Below are positions 12,033 to 25,134 of a stretch of DNA of 64,000 nucleotides, in pieces (the stretch's first letter is position 1; each line of letters opens with the position of its first letter). Below the pieces are notes generated by a model. That model was not told the origin of the DNA and ran no database searches. It saw nothing but the letters and a program-made list of their open reading frames with translations. Origin of the DNA: Octopus bimaculoides (lineage: Eukaryota). The stretch covers positions 82,119,504 through 82,183,503 of the forward strand of contig NC_068989.1 in assembly GCF_001194135.2 (NCBI RefSeq). Direction: 5' to 3'. Made by a program: the position numbers and the translations under genes.

Positions 12033-13421
12033 CTTTTAATAATGCTTATTATGATAAATTTTTGTTCAAAAAAATTTTCATTTCAAAGTATCAGTTTTTA
12101 ACTATTCATAGAAATAAATTTTATGATAATAAATCTAATTTAAAACAATATTCAAAATTTTATAAATTTAAAAATTTTAATTTTATTAAAGATTTAAAAT
12201 TGTTTTCAAAACTGGCCTGTATTATCAGTTTATTACAAAACTGAAGTAGAGGAAAATTGAAGATTTCAAAATGGGGTAGGGTGGGGCCATGAGCTTAAAA
12301 AAAAGTTAGGAACTACTATTTTAGACTACATATAAATATCACCAACTGATCATCACCTCCACCACCCTAACACCACCACTGGCCAATGATTGACAAGCTG
12401 TCAATCACCAGCCCACTATAAATACTTGCTCACCATTAAAATTCTCTTCCATCACACTTCTCCCAGACATGTGTCAACACTGAAGGCCTCTTTGGGTTCT
12501 CCTGTCCTTCTCTTTTTCAGAGCCTGGACTATGTGGGGTGAAAACAGGGAATGTGAATGTTGTCAATGCTGCCGTCGCCATCATCATCATCATCATCAGC
12601 AGTAGTCACATTCTACAGCTGCTACTGAGCCTTCAGTAGCAGAAATTACCTAGGGATGCCTAAGGCAGAAAACTCAATAGCAGAGTAGAGTAATGTGATA
12701 GTATACTTGATATTATTGTAAGCCAAAAAACATCATTATCATCATCATTTAATATCTGTTTTCCATGCTGGCATGGGTTGGACAGTTTGACAGGAGCTGG
12801 CAAAGCCAGGAGGGCTGCACTAGGCTCTGGTCATCCGTTTTGGCATGGTTTCTATGGCTGAGTGCCTTTTCTAACACTAACCACTTTACAGAGTGTACTG
12901 GGTGCTTTTTATGTAGTGCCAGCATAGGTGCTTTTTATGTGGAATTAGCACAGGTGCTTTACAACGCAAGTCTGGTAAAAATAGCAGGAGAAACAACCAA
13001 AAAATGTTAATTAAATCTAATTAAAATCAGTCTGCAATGAAAGAGTGAATCTAGTCCATGGTAATAAGGGCAACAACTTCAGACAGGTCTTGGCCTTATT
13101 CAGCCTCATCAGTAAAATGTAGTGTAACTGTGACTGTTGGATCTTAGATTAACTAAAGAAGTGTACAAGTGTGTTTTTCAATAAAAACTGTGGTGTATTG
13201 TAGTTTAGAAGGCTGGAGGGAAATACCTGAGATACAATCTGCATGAAAACATAACTTTAAAGTGAGTGTTGCCATGCTTGAAGGTAAGACAAAAACTTGG
13301 TTTTTAAATTATAACTTTGAGCACAGTCATTACCCAAATGACTAATTCTGTACATTTTACTGATGAGGTTTAATAAGACTTAAACATGTCTAGAGTTGTT
13401 ACTCTTACTGCTAATATTAGA

Positions 13422-13560
13422 CCAGTCATGGGCAAAGTGTGACCCATGGGTCTTTCTGAATGGCATGCCTAATGAAAAATAACCGTCACTTTTTTTTAGC
13501 AGAAAGGCCCACTTGATGTTTAGCTGTATCTCAGGTGGCTTACTTCTGAAAAAAAGCCTG
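13422..13560 (+). mobile_element. hAT-type MITE end (related copy at ~19172-19235)
   Basis: CAGTCATGGGCAAA..GACCCATGGG...GAATGCCTAATGAAAAA is shared between the two loci and has a hAT-like terminus. Confidence 0.5.
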
Positions 13561-14014
13561 CCTATGTCAGGATTAGATTCACTCCTTGTTATAGTCTAAT
13601 TTTGATTCAAATTCTGGATTGTCTTCCATACCATTTTTAATGAGAATTAATAATTTAGATAATGAAGCTCTTGAGGACATCAAGAACTCACAATTTAACT
13701 GATGTACTGGAAAAATCACTTTCCAAGAAGTTATATAAGGTAGCTGTTTAAATCTTAAATGCCATTAATTTCATATATATTTGTCTTTTAAGTTTTGAAA
13801 ATATAACTGATGGCTTCCAGTCATCAATAGATGCTTGCAAAAACTTAATCTGGGTATATGTAAAGGTATGTAAAATAAGTGGTAAAGGTGTGTGCAGTTT
13901 GATAGAAAGGAATGTAAAAGTGTGTAGGTACAAGTAACTTTTTTCAGCCCTGACGTTATAACAAGAGATAGCTGAATGGATTGGAGACAACAAGAGTAAA
14001 CAGAATCCCCTTAC

Positions 14015-14077
14015 CTGACCAATAAAATGAGGACTGGTTTCTTCAAATACTGAAGAATGTTCTGTAGTGTCACTCAC
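14015..14077 (-). CDS. Candidate 63-nt phase 0-0 coding exon of an unidentified host gene (VSDTTEHSSVFEETSPHFIGQ)
   Basis: Acceptor CTTTTTTCATTTATTTTCCAG and donor CAG|GTAAGG. Length is a multiple of 3. Only one frame is open. The sequence is non-repetitive. Confidence 0.6.
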
Positions 14078-15232
14078 CTGGAAAATAAATGAAAAAAGAT
14101 AGCGTTAGAGTTGGTATTAGTTTGAAGTTCAGGAAATAGGGAAAACAACAAAGATATGTCTGATGTTTTGAACATTTACTCCACTGAAAGATAGGAAAGA
14201 CACAAAAAGAAGACAACTTGGAGAAATTGAAATGCACACATGTCCAACTGTCAGATCATGTATATACATTTTATTTTTGGCTTAGTTTTTTAGTTTATAA
14301 ATAGAGAGAAGTGGGTTTTTTTGGGGTTTTTTTGGCAAACACCAGATCCTTATCAAATTATTAAGGATACTTTTGCTTTCCCACCATTTTTATTTAGTGA
14401 AAACAAAATAAAATTTGCCTCCATATAGTTTTCTTTTTCACCAATGTCTGACATTTTCAGTTTTCAAATGCAGCCCCTTAAAAGAAACACTAGCATACAA
14501 CTTCTATTAACACGATCTATGATCCTCTTTTCACACAGACAAACATTGAGTGTGTGTGCGTGCGTGTGTGTGTGTGTGTGTGTGTGAGTGTGTGCATATA
14601 AAATTGCATGTTAGGACACTGGAAAGTGGTGATGATGAGCAAGCTGATCCGTAGAGTCTAGTACATTTGTACTCCCAGCTGCATACAAGCACATATGTAA
14701 AATGATGTCCTTTATTTTTTAATCATTATCTGCTGATATCAAAATAAATAGTATACTGAAAAATAAAAATATTTTGTAAAGGGGCCATTTGTAACTCCAA
14801 GGGTCAAAAGGGGGTGTTTGGCCAAAATGGGTTAAGAACCTTTGGTCTAGAGGATATGTTAATTTTGAAGAGGACATGAGAAACTCTAGTGCTAGTACCA
14901 TGATACATTATGCCATACTCAGTAAAGTGGTTGTTAGGAAAGTAGAGGGCTGTAGAAACTAAGTCAAAAATAGAATGCACAAAGAAGATCTAGTTCTCTT
15001 TACTGTCCAAGTCACACCAAGTGTAGAAAGCAAATGCAAAATGAGGAGATGTATATGTGTATATATATATGTATATATATATATATATAGAAGGGCATCC
15101 AGCTGTAGAAACTCTGCCAAATCAGATTGGAGCCTGGTGTAGCCATCTGGTTTCACCAGTCCTCAGTCAAATCGTTCAACCCATGCTAGCATGGAAAGCG
15201 GACGTTAAACGACGATGACGATATATATAGGG

Positions 15233-15420
15233 AGAATTCACAAAAAAGCAAAAGACGAAGACAGGTGGTGTAGAAAACAAACAGATGTATTAGTATAAAG
15301 CTCGAGAAGTGAAAAAGTCTTTAACGTTTTGAGCCTACGCTCTTCTACAGAAAGGAACACAGAAAGAAACAAGGAGAGATAAAAAAGAATGTATAGTGGC
15401 TAGTGATCTATCATGGCGAC
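15233..15420. mobile_element. Short dispersed repeat, possibly a Penelope-type terminal fragment
   Basis: CpG-retaining segment with an AACGTTTTGAGCCTACGCTCTTC motif that I associate with Penelope-like pLTRs. Recall only, not verified. Confidence 0.35.
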
Positions 15421-15756
15421 TTATATATATAATATTCTTTTATTCTTTTGCTTGTTCTAGTCATTTGACTGCAACCATGCTGGAGCACCGCCTTGAAGGG
15501 TTTTAATTGAAGAAATCAACCCAGGACTTATTTTTGAAAGCCTAGTACTTATTCTGTCAATTTCTTGACATAACTGCTATGTTAAAAAATCCAGGCAGAT
15601 ATCAACTGATATCAATAAAGCACTCAATTTTAAATGAATTTGGTTGTCTATATCCAACAATGAGATACCAAGAAATGCAAGTAAAAAAAACACATCCTCC
15701 TGTATGACAAGCAGTAGGTCCAGATATCATTTAGAAGCATTTCAGGAAAGATATAT

Positions 15757-16110
15757 TAGAAAACAAAAATGCATGTGGAGAAAATTCACCTTACAAAGCC
15801 AACAATTGTTTCTATTTTGGTAACACATTTAGATACAGAAAATGTCATTGAAATTAGTATATCCAAAAATACATGTTAGCACAATGTTTTCAAGGTGATC
15901 CAAAATTGATTAAATTCAAAGTGCACATTTTATTTAACTAATTTTGGATTACCTAGAAAACAATATGTTAACATGTATTTTTGGAAATATTAATTTCAAT
16001 GATATTTTCTATATCTAAATGTGTTACCAAAATAAAAACAACAATCAGCTTTGTAAGGTGAAATCTACTATTTAAGATGTGATTTCCTCCACATGCATTT
16101 TTGTTTTCTA
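15757..16110. repeat. Foldback (long inverted repeat): arms 15757-15915 and 15932-16110, 16-nt loop
   Basis: TAGAAAACAAAAATGCATGTGGAG...CCAAAATTGATTAAAT pairs with ATTTAACTAATTTTGG...CTCCACATGCATTTTTGTTTTCTA along the whole length, with one indel of ~20 nt. Confidence 0.9.
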
Positions 16111-16154
16111 TCTATCTATCTATCTATATATGTGTGTGTGTGTGTGTGTGTGTG

Positions 16155-16385
16155 AAGGTGCATGGCTCAGTGGTTAGAGCGTAGATCTTACAATCATGAG
16201 ATTGTGTCACGCTGAATATCCCCGAGAGCTACGTTAAGGGTACACATATCTGTGGAGTGCTCAGCCACTTGCACGTTAATTTCACGAGCAGGCTGTTCCG
16301 TTGATCGGATCAACTNNNNNNNNNNCTGTTCCGTTGATCGGATCAACTGGAACACTCGACGTCGTAAGCGACGGAATGCCAACAA
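16155..16385 (+). mobile_element. SINE family E (head GAAGGTGCATGGCTCAGTGGTTAGAGCG), internally shortened
   Basis: tRNA-like A box and an (AAC)n tail. The same head occurs at 60553-60705. Tail-like copies occur at ~5900-5990 (minus) and ~7640-7710. Confidence 0.7.
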
Positions 16386-17183
16386 CAATATGCATATATA
16401 CATGTATATATGATCATACCTTCATATATATGTATATATACATGCATATATGGGTACAGGACATAAAAAAAAACATGGGCAGAATGAGAAATGAGAACAT
16501 AAAAACAAAAACATAGAAAACAAACATTTTTCGAACAACAAAAAAAACAGAGAAACGAGACATGCAACATAAAGAACATTCCCTTCATCAGTTGTCCCCT
16601 GTTTTATCTACTCTGCGTTTATATATAAGAGTGTATAAAATATTTTTATACACAGAGAGGAGACCCTTGACAGTACTCCTTACATGCTAAAAGGGCAGTT
16701 AAAACCTCATATTACTCTCATATTTATGATAGTAATCTGTGTGTGTGTGTGTGTGTGTGNNNNNNNNNNGTGTGTGTGTGTGTTTATTTCTTTGTCTTTG
16801 AGTATTTTCACACTGTTACCACAAAGTCAGAAAACAGTCAACAGAATCACCATATTATCACTAGAAAATTAGAGGTCTGACAATATAACAACATAAATGA
16901 CACCTCAAACAATATGTAAGGACGTTACATATCTCACAATGGATTAATAAGCAAAGAAACCTGAGAGAGCTCTCACAAAAGAAATATCTAGCTTTGATCA
17001 AAGAAAACATTGTACGGACAGAATAATAAGCAAGAAATAGAAGTGAGATTGAAGAAGGAAGGAATATATTATTAAGTTGTTTGTTTACATTCTTTGTGAA
17101 TGACTGACTCAATCACTTACTCTATTTAGTCACAAACAGTGACAGCACTTCCACCCACGTAACATCAGTCTACAGTCACTTAC

Positions 17184-17251
<68 letters not shown>

Positions 17252-17419
17252 CATATATGTATGTATGTATGCATGTATGTATCAACAGGTATTTCCAACA
17301 CCAAACAAATTATATTAATAGCAATCAATGAGTGTGTTGGTTTACTTGACAATGTTTCAGATACCATGTCAAGATAATCATTAGTAGTTTACAGTAGTAT
17401 CCATATATCTATATCTATC

Positions 17420-17456
<37 letters not shown>

Positions 17457-18327
17457 TGATATGTATATTATGTTCATTTACAGACTGAGTTTAAATCCCA
17501 CTGGAGTCAAACTTATCTTTCATCCCTCCAGGATTGATAAAATAAAGTACCAATCAATTACTTAGATCAATGTAATCAATGAAACCCACTCTTTCAAAAA
17601 TTGCTGACCTTGTGCTGAAATTAGAAATGCCATATCTGGTTTTGTGTCTAAATTACACACCATTACCAAAGGATAATTATTCTTATTATTATTGAAGATA
17701 AAATAGGTAGAATAAATAGGTTTGATGTAGCCAGTTTAAATGCTAAAGGGTTAAATAGCAGTTACTATTTATCTGACAAACCCTGAAACAGTTCCATCTA
17801 TTGAATTTTACTTACAAGTCTGGGATTAGTCTGAGGCAATGGTAAGTAACACTTACCCAAGTAATTTAAAACAAGCTAAACTATTATTAGTGATTGAAGT
17901 ACCATTAATACCAAAAGGCAATTTTTATATCTAACTTAATGTGGACGTTTTGTTATAAGGCCAAATTCTGTGGTGTTTGTCATGAGAGGACCTCTCATAT
18001 GAATGCACAGTGCATGAAAGTACACACATTTATATCGCTGGTGGATGACAATTGTCTGTTATGGGCACTGGAGCTGCCAGATCATGTGATTTCAACATAC
18101 ATTTCCACAGTGACAGCTGTCTGCAAGCCACACACCAACCAAATCTCACTGACAATGATACATAGAATTCCAGTGACTTTTCGGGCACTGATGTTGCAAA
18201 TGGCTACTGTTAACTATTGTTAAAACATACACCACCTCCTCTATGGTAGCATAAGAAACTGGGAGTAAAATAACATAAAAATATCTGATATTACTAAGTC
18301 TGTTTAGCTAATGACTTAACATGTCAC

Positions 18328-18452
18328 CTGGTTTAATACCACTATTTGACATGAGTGCCTTTGCTGCGGCATACTCTGTTGCAAGTATTTGGGCCAGGTC
18401 TCTGGCGCCGAGGATAACTTGCTCCCCATTCCTCCCACCAATCTCAGAAACA
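18328..18452 (-). CDS. Candidate 125-nt coding exon (phase 1 to 0: (V)FLRLVGGMGSKLSSAPETWPKYLQQSMPQQRHSCQIVVLNQ)
   Basis: Strong acceptor CTTCCCTTCCTTGACCTTTCTCAG but weak donor CAG|GTGACA. Unique, GC-richer sequence. A second frame is also open, so the reading frame is uncertain. Confidence 0.3.
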
Positions 18453-19861
18453 CTGAGAAAGGTCAAGGAAGGGAAGTATTGCCTCCTTTGACTAAGTTGC
18501 CAAAAAATTATATTAAGTCTGATGGTGAAGGCTACGGTAGTTTGAGAAGTGGTAATAGCAGTTGTAGTTAATGTGGTAGTAACAGTGGTCATAGTAAAGA
18601 TTAGAGTAGTAGTGATGGTAGTAGTAGTAGGAGTGGGAGTGATGGTGGTAGTAGTAGTAGGAGGAGTGGGGGAGGGGTAGAAGTGGTAGTTGTAAATACT
18701 GTGACAATAGTGGTGGGAGTATCAATAGTAGTTGTAGAGAGGTAACACAAGAGTTGGGAAGTAAACCGTGTAATAATCCTGTGGAAATATGGTTCGTTGA
18801 TCATGTGGTTAATTACTTCTTCCTAATTAGTTTGATAAGTTCTAGGGTAAAATAAATGTGCCATTAGGGAAACAGACACTAAATGTTGAAAATTAACAGA
18901 AATGTAGAATGTATGCAGCATTTTGGTGGACAGCTTCCATTTCCATTTAGGGGGAGTAGGACGTTAGTGACCTTACTGGCGAGAGAGCGATTAATTTAAA
19001 TATTCCTCTTGCCAGAAAGTTAGATACTAAAATATTAACCAATGAGTGGTAATTTTATAAAGCTGGCAAATTAGATATCAAACATACAAGCTAGGGAGTG
19101 GTTAGTTTAAACCCTCTTATGGCTGGAAAATAAGATACTAAGTTACTAGTCAGGGAATGATTAGTTTAAACTAGTCATAGGCAAACTACAGCCCATGGGA
19201 CATTCCGGATGGAATGCCTAATGAAAAATTTTCTTGAATTTTTTTAGTAGTGTAGCCTGTTTGATGATGAGCTAGGTCTCATGTAGAAGTTGCCTATGTC
19301 TGGTTTTAAACCTGGTAAGTTAGTGAATGTACTGGCTAGAACAGAACAAGATGATTGGGTGTGGCAGTTTAAACATTGACGATTTGGCTTGGCTGACTGG
19401 ATATTCAACATGTTTTGGCGACAGTACATTTTGGCACTAGAGGCGAACACACTAACGCAGAAATATACACATACATACAGAGATAGTGAAAGAGAGAGAA
19501 AAGGGGAGAGACCATTTACATACATACAAGCATAACAGATACTCACTTACATAAATAGAAAGAGAGAGAATGAGAGAAACATTAAAATGCTTGATGTCAA
19601 AAATGTAAGTATCAAACCAGTAACATCAAACAGGCAGAGCCAAACAGCTCTGCCAGAATGTTCTCATACCTTGGCTAGAGAGGGTTACTTTAAATCATCC
19701 TATAGTTGGAAAGTTAGATGGTTAAAGTATACTGAGTTTAAACTGTTACATTATTGGGAAGTTAGTAAATTAACTAACCCCAAAGTGGTAAGATTAAATC
19801 TTCCTATAATTAAAAAAAAAAGTTCGAAAACTTACTGCCAAAGAATGTTCAGTTTACATCT

Positions 19862-20400
19862 TTAGTGATTGTTACTGTATCACAATCACTAATTATATTC
19901 TTTGCATGTTGTTTTAGGCACTGAGCAATCCCTCTCTTTACACTATATGGATGGTAGGAATTGAAGTTGAGGTATCGTCCAGTGAAGGTCGGCTTGTGGT
20001 ATACAGATGTCCTGAATCCATACTTGGTGCATGTTATAAATACGTCCAGGAATGATTGTCTTTTTCCTTTTCCATTATGAACTGTATGGATGGCTTTATG
20101 ATCTAACAGCACTTGGACATCTTCCTGGTGGGGCCAGAGTATAAAGGTGTCATCAACATATCACAGCCATAGGGTTGGTTTTAGTGGTGCTGATCCTAAA
20201 GCCAAATTCTCAAAGTATTCCATGTATATATAGGCTATTATCTGTGATAATGGTGAACCCTTAGCTAAACCCTCTTCTTGTCGATATACATCAGTGTCCA
20301 TACTGAAGTAGGTAGTTTCTACACAGAAGGTCAACATTTCCATCAAGTTTCTTAATGGTTTACTAGTGCGTAAATAATGTCTATCAAATGGTTGTCAAAT
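19862..20400 (-). mobile_element. Penelope-like element reverse transcriptase remnant
   Basis: YRQEEGLAKGSPLSQIIAYIYMEYFE...PTLWL*YVDD...FLDVFI...FRTSVYHKPTFTGRYLNFNSYHPYSVKRGIA: PLE RT motifs (GxxMGSPLS, YVDD, VYRKPT) with stops and frameshifts. Confidence 0.88.
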
Positions 20401-20938
20401 GTGAAAATTGGGATGAACTCCACCACACTGCCTCTGTTACATAACACACTGTTGACACACAAGTTGTTATTGTTTAACCTCAAAGAAGTCATAGGATTTA
20501 GGAGACCTCTCTGAATAAAGATGATCCAGTTGTGACCATCTTTTAGGACTGAGGAAATCCTTAGATTTGAACCAACCTCAGATCTGACAAAGCCTCTTGG
20601 AACAAAGATGCTCCAGCCATGACCACCTTGTCATTGTTTTCAAACAAACTCTAAGTCTACATTATCTAATATATCTTCCCTTTTTCAGAAAGTACAATGT
20701 AATTTGAGAGACATTTAGCTGCTGCTACTACTACAAGATGGTGTAGTCATAAGGAAGCTCCCTTGTTTAATGCATGTATGTATAGTTTTCATTAGTACTG
20801 TCATTGCATTGGGAATTACAGGCAAAAGAATGTTGGTGCTTCTTTCTAGGTCTTTGTTAATTAATGAAGAAGCTGGGAAAGAGATATTGTGAGAGGCTTC
20901 AATTACCTAAGCTAATAAATGTGTGAATATGTGTATAG

Positions 20939-20991
<53 letters not shown>

Positions 20992-21001
20992 NNNNNNNNN
21001 N

Positions 21002-21043
<42 letters not shown>

Positions 21044-21144
21044 TGCAAGGAGAACAGCATCAATCACTTATCTACAGGAATGAGTGAAGCATCACAGGTG
21101 ATAGATGGATGGATGGATGGACAGATTGATAAATAGCTAGGCAG

Positions 21145-21187
<43 letters not shown>

Positions 21188-22005
21188 TTCCCTGTTATTG
21201 CTGCTACAAGCAGAAGAAGGGAGAAAGAAAGTGTGAAGCAGGTGAGAAAAAGACAGGAGATAATTAAAGGTAGACAACTGTTACACAGTTAAGCCTGAAC
21301 TGAAGAGTAGTTAGTTTTTCAGCTCAGACAAAATACCTTGTATTAATTTCTTATTAACTCTGTACACTAAGCTCAAATCCCACTGAGGTCTACTCTCTGT
21401 AACATAACGCAGCAAAATGGTCCCCTGATGAAATGTTCTGGTTAAGTATCTAAATGCACTTAGAACATCCAATGCTGAGGTTCCGAACAACCAAAATGGT
21501 AAAACATAGATAGGGATCAAATGATATAAACTTGTGTTTACCATAATTTCCCCTACATTTTCTCTGTATATCATAACCAGTAAGGAATACTACTAGGCAT
21601 TACTACTTAGTAGTAATGAATACTACTAAATATAGTAGTAACTTAAGCACAATAATGGAAGCACAGTGAATGGTGAAAATCTACATGGAGCTCAAAAATC
21701 AACAGTATCAGTAGAACATTTAACTGTATACAGAAGATATTTATATNNNNNNNNNNNNNNNNNNNNNNNNNNNNNNNNNNNNNNNNNNNNNNNNNNNNNN
21801 NNNNNNNNNNNNNNNNNNNNNNNNNNNNNNNNNNNNNNNNNNNNNNNNNNNNNNNNNNNNNNNNNNNNNNNNNNNNNNNNNNNNNNNNNNNNNNNNNNNN
21901 NNNNNNNNNNNNNNNNNNNNNNNNNNNNNNNNNNNNNNNNNNNNNNNNNNNNNNNNNNNNNNNNNNNNNNNNNNNNNNNNNNNNNNNNNNNNNNNNNNNN
22001 NNNNN

Positions 22006-22058
22006 TGTCAAGCGATGGTGGGGGTACAAACATATACACATACATACATACATACATT

Positions 22059-22099
<41 letters not shown>

Positions 22100-22440
22100 C
22101 AGGCATCTTTCAGTTTCTCTCTACCAAATCCACTCACAAGGTTTTGGTTAGCCCGAGGCTATAGTGCCACATAGTAGGACTAAACCTGGAACCATGTAGT
22201 TGGTAAGCAAGCTACTTACCACACATATTTGGCTGTGTGGTTTGCTTTTGCCTGGCACCTTGGGCAAGTACCTTCTGCTATAGCTCCCCACCAACCAAAG
22301 CTTTTGTGAGGGGATTTGGTAGACAGAATTTGAAACAAGTACCACGCTTGAAAAACAAGTACTGGGGTAAATTTGTTCAACTAAGCCCTCCAAGGCGGTG
22401 CCCCAGCTTGGCCACAATTCAATGACTGAAACAAGTAAAA
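22006..22440. mobile_element. Two family A SINEs head to head (minus 22006-22223, plus 22230-22440)
   Basis: A reverse-complement head is followed immediately by a forward, diverged copy. Confidence 0.75.
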
Positions 22441-22502
22441 GATCATCTATATCTATCTATCTAACTTGTAGATAGTAGTCATAGTTTGTAGTAATGATGT
22501 GC

Positions 22503-22539
<37 letters not shown>

Positions 22540-24409
22540 TAAATTACATAAGTTGGGGTAAGAACTGGCATCTAACCCAAACCCTTCATCACCCAGTTGA
22601 ATAATTTTCGAAGATGAAGGTTCAGTCTTCAAAACACTATCCCCTCCCCACATCACATCACATCACAACTGTCTACAATACCATACCATACCATGCCATG
22701 CCATTTAATTCTTCTCCATACCACCAGACAACTATACCATTCCTTTCAGACATCAACCACAATACCAGAGAGTTGCACTTCACACCACCACACCATAGAA
22801 CTCCCCACCAAACCATACCAAATTATCCAACCTCACTAACTTCACTGTAAAGAGACCACCACCGCCACCACCATCCCCCACCCCTCCCTAGTTTCCTTTA
22901 GTAGAAAAGGTAAGGGTCATGTTATTGTTGTGATAGTAGTAGTAGTGGTGGTAGTAGTAATAGTAGTTATAGCTACTGCTATAGCGTAAGGTCAAATATT
23001 TGAGTGTAAGCAGAGATAAAAAAACCAGTTGAAGCAGTGATGTTTGGGTGGTGGTTGTGGAGTGGGTGGGGAACACTTAGTGTGACATGATCCCTGCTAT
23101 ATATAGCTGCGTAAGGGTCTGATGGGAGACCAGCAGTAAAATAGTTCACTAACAGGGGTGGGGGTCATGTAGAGTGGGAGGGCGGAAAGGGGAATTGTGA
23201 CTGTTGTTCGGGGCTGGGCCCTTCACTGGAGCAGAAAAATCCTATCACTGAAGAATGTACACAAACACACAAATCTTCTGATGTGTGTGTGTGTGTCTGT
23301 GTGTGTGTGTGTGTTTGCGCACATGTCTGTTTATCACTATCTGTATTTTATTTAGGCAGTGATATAAACCAGTGGTAGAACTTAATATTCATATACATAC
23401 ATATATACATACATACATATATACATATATACATACATACATACGTGTGTGTGGGGGGGAGGGAAGGATTTTAGAAATCTGGGTAGGCCCCTTAGCAGTC
23501 ATGAGAAATCTGTTAAAAAAATGCAAAGAAAGGAAAATTAGGATTAGCAAAATATGGATTAGAAATGCTAAGCAGTGATTGAGGCAGATATAAACATGTT
23601 ACTGGTTCAAATATGGTTGTAGAGAGAAATATTCTTGCTGTCAACAAAAAAAGTAGGCACACCATGGTCATTTCGAAGCGCCCCCTTCTGGATTGATGAT
23701 GCATGAATTTCAGAGCAGTTATCTTCTCATCAGCATCAAATACCTTTTTGTGTACAGCAAGAATATTTCTTCATGACAAACTGCAGTGAATAGCCTTCTT
23801 GCAGGTTCAAATACCTCTAAAGCGTATTTGAACTGATAGCAAGTTAATATTTATTGCAATCATTGTTTAGCACCTCTAACTTGCATTTTACTACAACCTG
23901 GCAACTGAAAAGCACCACCAGTCAAAATATTTTGATTGATTTCTTATAAGAGAAACCTAGTCTCTTAGTCAGTTTTGGAGTTGCTTCTCTTTACAGTATT
24001 TGATGCTGACAAAAAATCTCTTTAGGAACTGGACACCAATCTATAACTGTGTTCTTAGAGGTACTATTTATATATATATATACTACAATTAAGGGTTCCA
24101 CTAGATTGGAGATTCTGATTTGCTTTAATAATGCATTGCTGGCAGCTACTTTAACTAATAAAGTACTGATGCAAAGTCAGTTAGAAAAGTTTACAGTTAC
24201 TGTAAACTACATTTTAAACAAAACATTTAGAGAGAGAGAGAGAGAGAGAAGACACTATGTGGGTGAGATGAGATAGACAAGACTAAGTATATAGGATATG
24301 AGTGTGTGTGTGCGTGTGTGTGTGTGTGTGAGAGAGAGAGAAAGAGAGAGAGAGAATACTCTATATTGTGTGAGACTAAGAGAGACTAGATGTGGGGAAT
24401 TTTTTTTTA

Positions 24410-24515
24410 AGTTGAAAATCCACATTGAAGTTAACTGCCAAAGATTACATTGAAATTAACCATCATTTGACAAGACTACATTGAAGTTAACTGTCATTTG
24501 ACAAGGCTGCATTTC
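24410..24515. repeat. Short tandem repeat, ~30-bp unit x3
   Basis: ACATTGAAGTTAACT..CATTTGACAAGACT units recur. Confidence 0.7.
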
Positions 24516-24559
24516 TGAAAAATGTTTATGCCATTATTATTTTATAGGATAAAAAAGGC

Positions 24560-24765
24560 AGTAAGCTGGCAGAATCATTAGCATACCAGACAAAATGCTT
24601 AGCAACATGTCATTTATTTTTACATTCTGAGTTCAAATTCCACCAAGGTTGACTTTTCATCCTTCTGAGGTCAATGAAGTACCAGTTGAGCACTGGGGTC
24701 AATGTGATTGATTTGCTTCCTCATCCCAAATTTCTGGCCTTGTGCCTATTATAGAAACAATTATT
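24560..24765 (+). mobile_element. SINE family B (GGCGGCGAGCTGGCAGAA head), old copy
   Basis: AGCTGGCAGAATCATTAGCA...GAGTTCAAATTCC...TTTCATCCTT. Further old copies at ~11330-11525 (minus), 17470-17630, 54775-55450 (three, minus) and 57290-57790. Confidence 0.8.
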
Positions 24766-25134
24766 TTATAGAATATAATCATTCATAAAAATTTCAAAAT
24801 TTAAAAGGATAAAAAAAAAAAATGTTTTAGGAAGAAGTTCCCCTGCTGTGACCTTTATTTTTCATTTTCAAAAATTTTTTTCAGAATTCTGATATGTGCA
24901 GTACCAGTAATTACATTACATTACATAATTGCAAATGTAGATAAAGAAATAGAAAAAGTGTTTCTAAAATTCTTGAGTGGAAAAACAGGCTTTAAATGAA
25001 ATGAAATTAACAAATTTACATTTCAGTACAATGATCTGCCCTCAAATAGTACTGCACTTCTTATGGAAGGCTGCCCCTGGGCTCTTCTGAAGGCCATAAG
25101 TTCTCCACCTCTGAACTAGATTATGAATTACTGG

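Noticed and set aside
16293-16348. Direct repeat on either side of a 10-N gap (also near 50810-50900)
   Set aside because: Typical unmerged contig overlap, not a biological duplication.
17939-18223. 94-aa plus-strand ORF in unique-looking sequence
   Set aside because: No recognisable domain or splice signals. Likely chance or an old TE fragment.
19530-19585. Minus-strand pyrimidine tract followed by GTAAGTGAGT
   Set aside because: There is no AG before the donor and the pyrimidine tract is a (GA)n microsatellite, so no exon can be defined.
23600-24050. Possible pogo/Tigger transposase echo (KKVFDADE) on the minus strand
   Set aside because: A single short motif with no further DDE support.
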